From the NCBI GenBank assembly GCA_043721995.1, contig JAYSPT010000100.1, positions 6,592-70,591 on the forward strand: DNA of 64,000 nucleotides. Reading direction: 5' to 3'. Source of the DNA: Salinibacterium sp. (GTDB taxonomy: Bacteria; Actinomycetota; Actinomycetes; Actinomycetales; Microbacteriaceae). A program made the translations under genes and the position numbers. A model generated the notes under the pieces. That model was not told the DNA's origin and did no database searches. It saw only the letters and a program-made list of their open reading frames with translations. Positions 49,531 through 58,431 of the stretch are shown here, in pieces. Within the stretch, counting starts at the first letter, position 1. Each line of letters opens with the position of its first letter.

Positions 49531-50325
49531 ATGCCCAGCATCGCTGTCGTCCAATTCGCGCCGAGCGATGACACTGCCGCGAACCTTGCAACCATTGACG
49601 CTCTGGTTAGTCGCGCAGCGGCTCGCGGCGCGACCCTTGTCGTGCTCCCCGAGTACTCCTCCTGGTTCTCCGCAGAGCTGGGTTCGAACTGGGTAGATGC
49701 TGCTCAGGGCATCGACGGTGAGTTTGTGACCGGGCTTCGCGCTCTGGTGCGGCGGCTGCGCATTCACCTGGTCGCGGGCATTCTGGAGACGGCCGAGCCC
49801 ACACGCATCTCGAACACTGTTGTCGCTCTCGACTCCGGCGGCGAGGTGGTGAGCGTGTACCGCAAGATTCATCTGTACGATGCCTTCGGCCATCGCGAAT
49901 CGGACTGGGTTCGTGCGGGAGACACCACGCAGCCGCAGACCTTCGCATGGGAGGGCTTCACTGTCGGCCTGCAAACGTGCTACGACATTCGCTTCCCTGA
50001 AGTCACCAGGCGCTTAGTCGACGCGGGTGCCACCCTCGTGCTGGTGCCGGCCGAGTGGGTGCGCGGCCCACTGAAGGAGCACCACTGGCGCACCCTCGTG
50101 ACCGCCCGTGCGCTGGAGAACACGATCTACATCGCGGCCGCCGACCACGCCCCGCCGGTCGGAGTGGGTAACAGCATGGTGGTTGATCCGATGGGGGTGG
50201 AACTCGTGACGATCGGCGACGAGGTGGGGGCGGCGGTCGCCGAAATCTCGGTGGCACGTCTCGCCGCCGTGCGGGAAGTCAACCCGGCACTAAATCTTCG
50301 TCGATTCGGTGTCGTGCCTCTGTAG
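49531..50325 (+). CDS. Carbon-nitrogen hydrolase (nitrilase superfamily, YbeM/Nit-like amidase)
   Basis: Catalytic triad in LPEY, YRKIHLYD, TCYDIRFPE; RALEN. Confidence 0.92.
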   Translation: MPSIAVVQFAPSDDTAANLATIDALVSRAAARGATLVVLPEYSSWFSAELGSNWVDAAQGIDGEFVTGLRALVRRLRIHLVAGILETAEPTRISNTVVALDSGGEVVSVYRKIHLYDAFGHRESDWVRAGDTTQPQTFAWEGFTVGLQTCYDIRFPEVTRRLVDAGATLVLVPAEWVRGPLKEHHWRTLVTARALENTIYIAAADHAPPVGVGNSMVVDPMGVELVTIGDEVGAAVAEISVARLAAVREVNPALNLRRFGVVPL

Positions 50326-51481
50326 CGCTGCCGGTCTTGCGGTAAAGCACGAGATACTGCTCGGCCACGGCTTCGTCGATCTCCCGCGGTACCGGCACAA
50401 CGACGGCATCCGAAGAAACCGTTCCGAGGGCGATTGCCTCAAGGCAGCGGGATTGAAGCGCGAAGCCCAGGTCCATTGACTCAATCGAGTTGCCGAGTGG
50501 GTTTGCACCACCGAGGTTGACCATGTGGCCTTTCGTGGCGAGGTGTATCCGCCGGCCGTCGTTCAGCGTGAGAGTTTCGAGGCCGGGTGCGGCATTCGTC
50601 ACAGAATCGACCGTGGGGTGTGCCAGGATTCCCGGCACGTCGATCTCGAGCGGGAAGTGCCCCGCGTTCATGAGTACTACGTCGTCTTTGAGCAGCGGTA
50701 CATCCCCGGCCAGCAGAATGTCGCGGGCGCCCGTCACTGTCACGACGATGTCTGCCGCGGATAACGCCGCCTCCCTCGGTGAGACGTCGAACCCGTCCAG
50801 GCTCGCCTCAAGACGCTTGACCGGGTCGACCTCGATGACCGTGACCAGGGCATACGTATTACGGAAATTTGCTGCGACCCCCTGTCCGCACGCGCCATAG
50901 CCGAAGACCACGACGCGCTTGCCCTGGGTCGAGCGATTGGTGATGCGAAGGTACGACTCGAGCACACTTTGGCCCACCGCGTGCCGGTTCTCCGCGAACT
51001 GCTTGATGGGGGAGTCGTTGATCACCAGGATGGGTACGCGCAGTCGATCGCGGAGCGACACGAGCCGGTTACGGCCGGAGGTGGTCTCCTCAGTTCCGCC
51101 GCGAAGCGTATCCCACGGACGATCGAGGTAGCGGGTGAAAAGATCGCCACCGTTATCGAGAATCAGGTCAGGCTTGGCGGCGATGACCTCCAAGAGGTCG
51201 CGATCATGCACGGCTGGGTCGCTGGTTGGTCCGCCGATGACGGTGACGCCATGCTCCCTCAGGTAGTCGACGGTCTCGGCCTGTGTACTGTTCAGGTTGC
51301 CGGTGGAAACCAGGTTCGCCCCGCCCCGCTGAAGGGTCATGAGAAGTGCTGCCGTCTTCGGTTCGAGGTGGATGCCCGTGCCGATGGTTACATCGGCGAA
51401 TGGCCGAGTCTCCTCGAACTCCGCCCCGATCGCCGACAGCAGCCTGCAGCTCGCAGCGACCCAATCAATACGTGATGCCAT
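50279..51481 (-). CDS. Adenosylhomocysteinase-like protein (short form, divergent active site)
   Basis: IHLEPKT, NSTQ, DNGGD, EETTSG, INDSPIK, GYGACG NAD motif, NAGHF, MVNL; SD gaggaagg inside the upstream gene. Confidence 0.85.
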   Translation of the reverse strand: MASRIDWVAASCRLLSAIGAEFEETRPFADVTIGTGIHLEPKTAALLMTLQRGGANLVSTGNLNSTQAETVDYLREHGVTVIGGPTSDPAVHDRDLLEVIAAKPDLILDNGGDLFTRYLDRPWDTLRGGTEETTSGRNRLVSLRDRLRVPILVINDSPIKQFAENRHAVGQSVLESYLRITNRSTQGKRVVVFGYGACGQGVAANFRNTYALVTVIEVDPVKRLEASLDGFDVSPREAALSAADIVVTVTGARDILLAGDVPLLKDDVVLMNAGHFPLEIDVPGILAHPTVDSVTNAAPGLETLTLNDGRRIHLATKGHMVNLGGANPLGNSIESMDLGFALQSRCLEAIALGTVSSDAVVVPVPREIDEAVAEQYLVLYRKTGSATEARHRIDEDLVPG

Positions 51482-52676
51482 GGGATAACCCTTCCTCGAG
51501 TTGTGCCGCCGCCCGCTCCAGCACGTCGACCTTCTTGCAGAACGCGAAGCGCAGGAGGGAGCCGTAGCCTGCGCGCCTTTCCGCCTGCACAAACGCGGTG
51601 ACGGGTACAGCGACGACACCAGCGAGCCGGGGGAGTGATCGGCAGAATTCGGCCGCATCCGTGACGCCGAGGGGCGAAGCATCCGCGATCACGAAGTAGC
51701 CCGCCTGTGGAGAGCTCACGCTGAAGCCTGCTGCGGTGAGGCCCGCACTCACGATGTCTCGCTTGTGCCGCAGCGTCGCCGCGGTGGTTTCGAAGTACTC
51801 GTCGGACAATCCGAGGCCGACCGCGATCGCAGGTTGGAATGGCGCACCGTTCACGAAGGTCAGGAACTGCTTCACCGCAAGGATCGGCTGCAGCAGGGTC
51901 TGCGGCGCGACGATCCAGCCGATCTTCCAGCCGGTCGTGCTGAAGGTCTTGCCACCGCTGGAGATCGTCACGGTTCGCTCGAACGCACCCGGCAGGGTCG
52001 AAATTGGGATGTGCTCGACTCCGAATGTCAGGTGCTCGTAGACCTCGTCGGTCACGATGATCACGTCATGCTTCGTCGCGAGTTCGACGATGAGCCGGAG
52101 TGTGTCGCGGTCGAGCACTGTGCCGGTTGGGTTGTGCGGCGAGTTGATGATGATGAGGCGCGTCTTGTCTGTGATGGCGTGTCGGAGGTCATCATGGTCG
52201 GGTCGAAAGCCGGGCGCTCGAAGTGGCACGGTGACATGGGTCACGCGGTTGAACGCGATCATCGCGCCGTAGACGTCATAGAATGGCTCCAGCGTGACGG
52301 CCTCATCGCCGTCATCGGTGAGCGCCAGGATCGTGGCGGCGAGCGCCTCGGTTGCCCCGGCCGTCACCAGCACCTGCGTGTCTGGATCGACGGTGAGGCC
52401 GTAGAACCGCCGCTGATGCGCGGCGATCGCGTTCCTGAGCACTGGCATCCCGATTCCGGGCGGGTACTGGTTCAGACCGTCTGAGATTGCTTGGCGCGCG
52501 GCGTCCAGAACCTCGGGCGGACCATCCTGATCAGGAAAACCCTGCCCGAGATTCAGTGAATTCGTGGCGAGGGCGAGTGCGGACATCTCCGCGAAGATGG
52601 TCGGCCGAAGTTTCCCGTCCCCGCTCAGCAGCATGGCGCCGTCGGCGGCGCGCTGCCAGGATCCGCGGACAGTCAT
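51465..52676 (-). CDS. PLP-dependent class I/II aminotransferase (YbdL/glutamine-transaminase-K-like)
   Basis: TIFAEMS, NLGQGFPD, NQYPPG, NSPHNPTG, DEVYEHL, SGGKTFSTTGWKIGW. Confidence 0.92.
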   Translation of the reverse strand: MTVRGSWQRAADGAMLLSGDGKLRPTIFAEMSALALATNSLNLGQGFPDQDGPPEVLDAARQAISDGLNQYPPGIGMPVLRNAIAAHQRRFYGLTVDPDTQVLVTAGATEALAATILALTDDGDEAVTLEPFYDVYGAMIAFNRVTHVTVPLRAPGFRPDHDDLRHAITDKTRLIIINSPHNPTGTVLDRDTLRLIVELATKHDVIIVTDEVYEHLTFGVEHIPISTLPGAFERTVTISSGGKTFSTTGWKIGWIVAPQTLLQPILAVKQFLTFVNGAPFQPAIAVGLGLSDEYFETTAATLRHKRDIVSAGLTAAGFSVSSPQAGYFVIADASPLGVTDAAEFCRSLPRLAGVVAVPVTAFVQAERRAGYGSLLRFAFCKKVDVLERAAAQLEEGLSHGITY

Positions 52677-52746
52677 TGTTCTGCGAGTGTATTGCGCCTG
52701 TGGATGAATTGCTCGCGGGTGACGGCGGCGGCGCTACGGTCCCGCT

Positions 52747-53283
52747 ATGAGGATGCTCCCCATCGCACTGGCTCTCGCGCTGTTACCGAGTGGATGCTCG
52801 GCGCATGGCACGACAGCTATCCCCGCAGCCGAGCCGACGTCCGCCCCGGTATTCGCGTCAGATGAAGACGCGCTGGCTGCGGCCAAGATGGCGTACGGCA
52901 ACTATCTGGCAATTTCAGACTTGATCTCGCAACAAGGCGGGGTACACCCCGACCGCCTAAAGCAAGCTGTTACTCCCGAGTTGTTGGCACACCAGATTGA
53001 GTTCTTTGGGACTTTTGCCAAGTCGGGCCAACATCAGGTCGGGCTCTCGACCATCACAAACGTAAAACTTCAACGACTTGAAGACGATGGTTACGGACAC
53101 GTGACGGTCACGATCTATGCCTGCACCGACTTCTCGGGCACACGCTTTCTCGACTCGGCCGGACAAGATGTAACTCCCACAGCGTCACGGGCCGCCACTC
53201 TCGAGCTCGAGTTCTCTCTGACTCCCTTGAGTCCACTCATCATGTCTGGTAGCGGCCTGTGGTCCGGCCAATCAATCTGCTAG
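52747..53283 (+). CDS. Hypothetical lipoprotein
   Basis: Signal peptide with SGC lipobox-like site, PVFASDEDALAAA motif, internal YAC Cys and terminal Cys. Confidence 0.7.
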   Translation: MRMLPIALALALLPSGCSAHGTTAIPAAEPTSAPVFASDEDALAAAKMAYGNYLAISDLISQQGGVHPDRLKQAVTPELLAHQIEFFGTFAKSGQHQVGLSTITNVKLQRLEDDGYGHVTVTIYACTDFSGTRFLDSAGQDVTPTASRAATLELEFSLTPLSPLIMSGSGLWSGQSIC

Positions 53284-54038
53284 TCGCTGCGGCTGTGTGC
53301 GTCGCGCTCACAGGGCTTCCGGCGCAAAGTGTGTTCGCGGCAGGCGACTGCCAAGCACCCGACATCAACTGGGGCACGTGTGTCGACGGCAACATCAACG
53401 GCGGCGGCGACGGCGTCGACCTCAGTGGCGGCATGAACGGTCCCGGGACGGGTTCCAGCGGTGGCGACGGCGCGACCGACGCTGGCTCAAGCGGCGGGAA
53501 CTCAAGCGGCGGGGACTTGCCTCTGCGGCCCTTTGATTTCATCATTGTGTCGCCAGAGATAAGTCTCTCCGATGTTGCGAGTTTTAGAGCCGTGCCGGGT
53601 GTGGGCCACATGGAGCCCAACGGTTGGATGGTGGTTGGACTCGACACAAACTTCTACGCAACGGGTGGTCAGCAGGTCGTGGAGGGGCAACTCCTCAATC
53701 TTGCCGCCAGGGTGCGCTTCACGCCGATCGCCTGGCACTGGGACTACGGTGACGGCGCAACCGCAAACGCCTCCATCCCGGGTGGCACATGGATGCAGTC
53801 CGGGGTGGCCGAGTTCGGTGCAACATCCACAAGCCATATTTATCGGGCCCCTGGTACCTACACGATCACCCTCACCATCGACTATCGCGCCGAGTACCAG
53901 TTCTCGCGCGCCGGGTGGAAATCGATACCGGGGTCGATCTCGCTCTTTGCCAATCGCCTGACCGCTGCGGCTGGCAGCGCGAAGACGCTGCTGATGAATC
54001 ACGATTGCGCAGCCAAACCTTCCGGGCCCGGTTGTTGA
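53259..54038 (+). CDS. Secreted PKD-like beta-sandwich protein with Gly/Ser linker
   Basis: Signal peptide, Cys pair, G/S-rich linker, WDYGDG and SHIYRAPGTYTITLT PKD motifs, C-terminal Cys pair. Confidence 0.75.
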   Translation: MVRPINLLVAAAVCVALTGLPAQSVFAAGDCQAPDINWGTCVDGNINGGGDGVDLSGGMNGPGTGSSGGDGATDAGSSGGNSSGGDLPLRPFDFIIVSPEISLSDVASFRAVPGVGHMEPNGWMVVGLDTNFYATGGQQVVEGQLLNLAARVRFTPIAWHWDYGDGATANASIPGGTWMQSGVAEFGATSTSHIYRAPGTYTITLTIDYRAEYQFSRAGWKSIPGSISLFANRLTAAAGSAKTLLMNHDCAAKPSGPGC

Positions 54039-54135
54039 CGCAATCCTCAGCGTCACGGGGGACTGCTCCCAGCTTTCGTAAATAGAACGTTCAGGTTCAC
54101 GGGACAAGCTAGGGGGCGAAAGGAGCATTTTCCCC

Positions 54136-55584
54136 ATGCCTGAAGTACCTGAAAACGCCACTGCCGAGAACCCAGAACAGAACCCCATTGAGGTGGCCCC
54201 CGACGGCACTGCCAAGCGCACCCGCGCACCGCGCACCGCTCCCGCGGCACCGGCCGCAACGACCATGAATGATGCTCCCGTGATGCACGAAGCAGAGGCG
54301 CCCGCTGCTGCGCCGCAACCGATCGATCCGATCGAACATCCCGCATTGGCCAAACAGCGCCGCCCCATCGCGGTCGGCGTTGTTGCGGCTCTCGCCGTTG
54401 GCGCTCTGATCGGTGGCGTGTCGGGAGCCGGGGTGACCCTCTGGGCCACCTCCGCGAATGCAAGCCACGCGGTTGTTGGCAACGCGACCGCCCAGACCAT
54501 CACGGTGAACAACCCGACGGATGTCACCCAGATCACTGCGATTGCAGCGAAAGCGCTGCCCTCGGTCGTGACGATTTCGGTGACCTCTTCCAGCGCTGCC
54601 GGTACGGGCTCGGGCGTCGTGCTCTCGGCAGACGGCTTCATTCTCACAAACACCCACGTGGTGACCCTTGACGGTGCCGTATCCGACGCCGCGATCAGCG
54701 TGCAGACCTCAGACGGCCGCCTGTTTGCGGCCAAGGTCATCGGCACCGACCCGATCTCGGATCTTGCCGTGATCAAGGTCGCTGGCGTCACGGACCTCCA
54801 GCCCGCTTCGTTCGGGGACTCCTCAAAACTCAACGTGGGCGACACGGCTGTCGCGATCGGTGCACCGCTCGATCTGCCGGGCACGGTCACGAACGGCATT
54901 GTGAGCGCGCTCAACCGCAGCATCACGATCGCATCCTCGGCAGCACCCAGTCCGGGTAGCGGAGGCGACGGCACCCAGACGCCGAGCCCCGGCAGCCCTG
55001 GTAGCCCCTACAACTTCTGGAATTTTGACCTGCCCGGCCAAGGCGGCGGCACCGGAACTACGACCGGAACGTCCTCGACGATCTCCCTCGCAGTTATCCA
55101 GACGGATGCCGCGATCAACCCCGGAAATTCGGGTGGAGCGCTTCTAAACTCAAGCGGAAACGTGATCGGAATCAACGTCGCGATCGCATCCTCCGGATCC
55201 AATACCTCCGGCCAGTCGGGGAGCATCGGCGTCGGTTTTGCGATCCCGTCGAACATCGCCCAGCGCGTTGCCAAGGAGATCATGGATTCCGGAAAAGCAA
55301 CGCACGGCCTGCTCGGCGCATCCGTTGCGGACGTCGATACGACCAAGTCCACGAGCACCGTCGTGGGTGCTGCGATAGCCGAGGTCACCTCGGGCGGCGC
55401 TGCCAAAGTTGCTGGCCTGAAGGCCGGTGATGTGATCACCAATTTCAACGGCATCCCAATTGCCGGCAAGAACGACATCACCGCCCAAGTGCGTGCCGCC
55501 GCCGCGGGTTCCAAGGCGACGGTCACCTACGTGCGCGACGGCAAGGCCGCGACGGTCGATGTCACGCTCGGAACGCTCGGGTAG
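54136..55584 (+). CDS. HtrA/S1C membrane serine protease with PDZ domain
   Basis: TM anchor; triad in TNTHVV, DLAVIKV, DAAINPGNSGG; C-terminal PDZ; SD gaaaggag. Confidence 0.95.
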   Translation: MPEVPENATAENPEQNPIEVAPDGTAKRTRAPRTAPAAPAATTMNDAPVMHEAEAPAAAPQPIDPIEHPALAKQRRPIAVGVVAALAVGALIGGVSGAGVTLWATSANASHAVVGNATAQTITVNNPTDVTQITAIAAKALPSVVTISVTSSSAAGTGSGVVLSADGFILTNTHVVTLDGAVSDAAISVQTSDGRLFAAKVIGTDPISDLAVIKVAGVTDLQPASFGDSSKLNVGDTAVAIGAPLDLPGTVTNGIVSALNRSITIASSAAPSPGSGGDGTQTPSPGSPGSPYNFWNFDLPGQGGGTGTTTGTSSTISLAVIQTDAAINPGNSGGALLNSSGNVIGINVAIASSGSNTSGQSGSIGVGFAIPSNIAQRVAKEIMDSGKATHGLLGASVADVDTTKSTSTVVGAAIAEVTSGGAAKVAGLKAGDVITNFNGIPIAGKNDITAQVRAAAAGSKATVTYVRDGKAATVDVTLGTLG

Positions 55585-55692
55585 TTCTCCGCCTCGCGAG
55601 GCGCGTGAGGCCGCAGTTCACACCTGTGGGTTCACGCGCCAGCAGCATGTGCGCTGATAATGTCATAGAACTGGCTCGACGTATTGGAACTC

Positions 55693-56715
55693 ATGGCGAA
55701 CACGGATGCCCTCCCGGGTGTCTCCTATGTAATGCCGGTCCTCAACGAGGTCGAACACATCGAGGCCGCCATAGAGAGCCTCATTGCACAGGACTACGCA
55801 GGTTCCTTCGAGGTAGTACTCGCGCTCGGACCGAGCGTCGATGGCACGAACGACGTCGTGACGGCGATGGCTCTGGAAGACCCACGAATCCGCACTGTAC
55901 CCAACCCGCTGGGCTCGACGCCCGGTGGACTGAACGCGGCGATTCGATCGTCCAGCAACCCAGTCGTCATCAGGGTGGATGCTCATTCGGTCTTGCCGAC
56001 CTATTACACGCGAGTCGCGGTCGACACACTGTTGAGCACCGGCGCAGACAACGTCGGCGGAATCATGAAGGCCGAGGGCACGACGCCATTCCAAAAGTCC
56101 GTAGCGCACGCATACGGCTCGCCGGAGGGACTGGGGGGCACACAGCACCACGTGGGCGGCAAAGCCGGCCCCGCGAGTACTGCCTACCTTGGTGTCTTCC
56201 GTCGAGAGCGTTTGATCGAGGTCGGCCTGTTCGACGAGGGCATCAAGCGCGGACAAGATTGGGAGCTCAACCGAAGACTTCGCGCAACCGGCGGCATCGT
56301 GTGGTTCACGCCCGAGCTCACGGTCACGTACCGTCCGCGCGCGAACCTGCGGTTGCTGGTGCGCCAATTCGTAGCGACCGGAATCTGGCGAGGCGAACTT
56401 GCCCGCAGATTCGGTCCCGGCAATTCGATTCGTTACTTCGTGCCACCCCTTGCGGTACTCGGCGTACTGATGGCGCTGATCGTCGGCATCGTGGGCCTGG
56501 CGATCGGCTCACGTTGGCTGCTACTCGCGTTTGCGGTGCCCGCCTCATACCTGGTCTTCGTGATCGTCGCATCCGTGGTCGCTGCCCGAGGGGGACTTCG
56601 CACCGGGCTCTGGTATCTCGTAGTCTTGCCGTGCATCCATTTCGGGTGGGGTATCGGCTTTCTGCTCGGCTACCTCAAACTGACGAAGAACATCACGGAG
56701 CACACGGGAAGGTAA
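55693..56715 (+). CDS. GT2 glycosyltransferase (ExoA-like) with C-terminal TM helices
   Basis: YVMPVLNE, IRVDAHS, GQDWELNRRLR, hydrophobic C-terminus. Confidence 0.9.
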   Translation: MANTDALPGVSYVMPVLNEVEHIEAAIESLIAQDYAGSFEVVLALGPSVDGTNDVVTAMALEDPRIRTVPNPLGSTPGGLNAAIRSSSNPVVIRVDAHSVLPTYYTRVAVDTLLSTGADNVGGIMKAEGTTPFQKSVAHAYGSPEGLGGTQHHVGGKAGPASTAYLGVFRRERLIEVGLFDEGIKRGQDWELNRRLRATGGIVWFTPELTVTYRPRANLRLLVRQFVATGIWRGELARRFGPGNSIRYFVPPLAVLGVLMALIVGIVGLAIGSRWLLLAFAVPASYLVFVIVASVVAARGGLRTGLWYLVVLPCIHFGWGIGFLLGYLKLTKNITEHTGR

Positions 56716-56718
56716 ACA

Positions 56719-57615
56719 GTGGGCCTCGAAGCGGATGCGGGCCTACGTGCGGTCCCCACCATCGCAGTCGTCTGCCTGACCATGGGCACCCGAACCAACG
56801 AGCTTGCACGAGGTCTCGTTAGTCTGGCCGCGCAGCGTGGCGTTAGTCTGGATATCGTTGTCGTCGGCAATGGCTGGACTCCAACGGGCTTGCCGGCGGG
56901 CGTGAATGCACTGGGTCTGCCCGAGAACCTCGGTATCCCGGCCGGTCGCAACCGCGGTGTGAGCGAAGTCGTGGGCGAGTACCTGTTCTTCCTTGACGAT
57001 GATGCCAGTATTCCATCGCCCACGTTCCTGGCCGATGCCGTTGCAGTTCTGGTAGGCGACCGCACGATCGGGTTGCTGCAGCCGCGGGTCACCGATCCTG
57101 CCGGTGTGGGGGACCCAACCAGATGGATTCCTCGGATCCGCAAGGGTGATCCCGCGGTCTCGAGTAACGTCTTTTCCGTGTGGGAGGGTGCAACACTCCT
57201 GCCGCGCGAGGTCTTCGATCGCACGGGCGGTTGGGCTGAGCCGTTTTTCTACGCACATGAGGGAATCGAGCTGGCGTGGCGGGTGTGGGATGGAGGCAAG
57301 CGCGCGTTCTATGACGGAGGGCTGGTGGCGAATCATCCCGCGATCTCGCCCACGCGGCATGCCGACTACTTCCGGCTGAACGCACGCAATCGCGTGTGGC
57401 TGGCCAAGCGGAACCTACCGTGGGTACTCGTACCCCTCTACGTGGGCTCGTGGACGGGCATACAGCTACTCCGGTCGATCCGTCGACCCGCGGGACTTCG
57501 AGCGTGGTTTGGCGGCTGGGTCGAGGGTTGGCGAACGAAACCCGGAGGACGTCGGCCGATGCGCTGGGCGACGGTCTGGCGGATGACGCGCGCGGGCAGG
57601 CCGCCGATCGTCTAG
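56719..57615 (+). CDS. GT2 glycosyltransferase
   Basis: VVVGNG, NLGIPAGRNRG, FFLDDDA, FFYAHEGIELAWR, NARNRVWLAKRN. Confidence 0.88.
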   Translation: MGLEADAGLRAVPTIAVVCLTMGTRTNELARGLVSLAAQRGVSLDIVVVGNGWTPTGLPAGVNALGLPENLGIPAGRNRGVSEVVGEYLFFLDDDASIPSPTFLADAVAVLVGDRTIGLLQPRVTDPAGVGDPTRWIPRIRKGDPAVSSNVFSVWEGATLLPREVFDRTGGWAEPFFYAHEGIELAWRVWDGGKRAFYDGGLVANHPAISPTRHADYFRLNARNRVWLAKRNLPWVLVPLYVGSWTGIQLLRSIRRPAGLRAWFGGWVEGWRTKPGGRRPMRWATVWRMTRAGRPPIV

Positions 57616-57655
57616 CTTGCAATAGCCGAGTCTTGGGGGAGCGGTGATCCGACCA

Positions 57656-57671
57656 GAGGTATATACACCTC
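57656..57671. promoter_or_regulatory. Palindrome upstream of the XRE gene (candidate operator)
   Basis: GAGGT-ATATAC-ACCTC about 50 nt upstream of the XRE start. Confidence 0.4.
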
Positions 57672-57720
57672 AGTCGCAAACACTCTGGCATTCAAGCATC
57701 GAGGCAAGTAGTCATGAGGC

Positions 57721-58023
57721 ATGCCTCAACCCATCTCCGATGCCGCGCGGATACTCGGTGAACGGGTGAGGGATGCACGAATCCGATTTGCCCTCAGCCA
57801 GGATGACATCGCGAACCTCGCCGGTATGAACGTGTCCAACTACGGCAAGATCGAACGTGGTCTGAGCAATCCGACGCTTCATACGATCGTTCGAATCGCG
57901 TCGGTTCTCGGTACGGATCCCGCAGTCTTCCTGCAGGGGCTGGGAGCCAAATCGCTGCCGACCATCGACCATCCGTTCACAGCGAAAGCGTTCATCCAGG
58001 CGCGCAAGAACCGGGAAGACTAG
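57721..58023 (+). CDS. XRE-family HTH regulator
   Basis: LGERVRDAR, LSQDDIA, NYGKIERGLSNPTL. Confidence 0.9.
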   Translation: MPQPISDAARILGERVRDARIRFALSQDDIANLAGMNVSNYGKIERGLSNPTLHTIVRIASVLGTDPAVFLQGLGAKSLPTIDHPFTAKAFIQARKNRED

Positions 58024-58033
58024 CTCGCTGCGC

Positions 58034-58327
58034 TCAGAACGCCACCCTCCACAGGTACTCCACACCATCTGGCCGAAACCACCGCACCACGAGGATTGTG
58101 TTCCGCGCAAGGTCGCGTCCGGCGATGGTCACTACGAGGGCCTCGCCGACTTCCAGCCGAGTCGGCGCGCTCGCAGACATCACCCCCGTGCCATGCAGCG
58201 TCAGCGCAACACCTTCGACCGCCTCCTTGCCGACATTGGTCAAGGTGTATTCGTTTGACGCTGGCGAGCGATCGATCAGGAAAGGAACCGCGTACGCGGT
58301 TTCGAGGGGGCGGCGGCGAGAGTCCAT
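58034..58327 (-). CDS. Small hypothetical beta-rich protein
   Basis: 97 aa; TAACGT-N6-ATG leaderless signature; ends LVVRWFRPDGVEYLWRVAF. Confidence 0.65.
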   Translation of the reverse strand: MDSRRRPLETAYAVPFLIDRSPASNEYTLTNVGKEAVEGVALTLHGTGVMSASAPTRLEVGEALVVTIAGRDLARNTILVVRWFRPDGVEYLWRVAF

Positions 58328-58431
58328 GAGGCGACGTTAGGTGAGCCGTCCGACGGGATGGCACGCCCGCACGGTACCACCTCAGGGCCGCATCGCGCGT
58401 GGTTATGGGCACGCCCTGTGGAGGAGTGGTC

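Noticed and set aside
44188-54100. Integrative element or prophage at tRNA-fMet
   Set aside because: No integrase, att duplication or phage/conjugation genes seen.
54040-54135. SigE/SigH promoter or MprA box upstream of htrA
   Set aside because: GGGACT to CGTT spacing is 23 nt (too long) and no clean hexamer direct repeat; unsupported.
54950-55080. Gly/Ser/Pro-rich insertion in the HtrA protease domain
   Set aside because: Low-complexity loop insertion with the catalytic triad intact; nothing in the sequence supports a new function.
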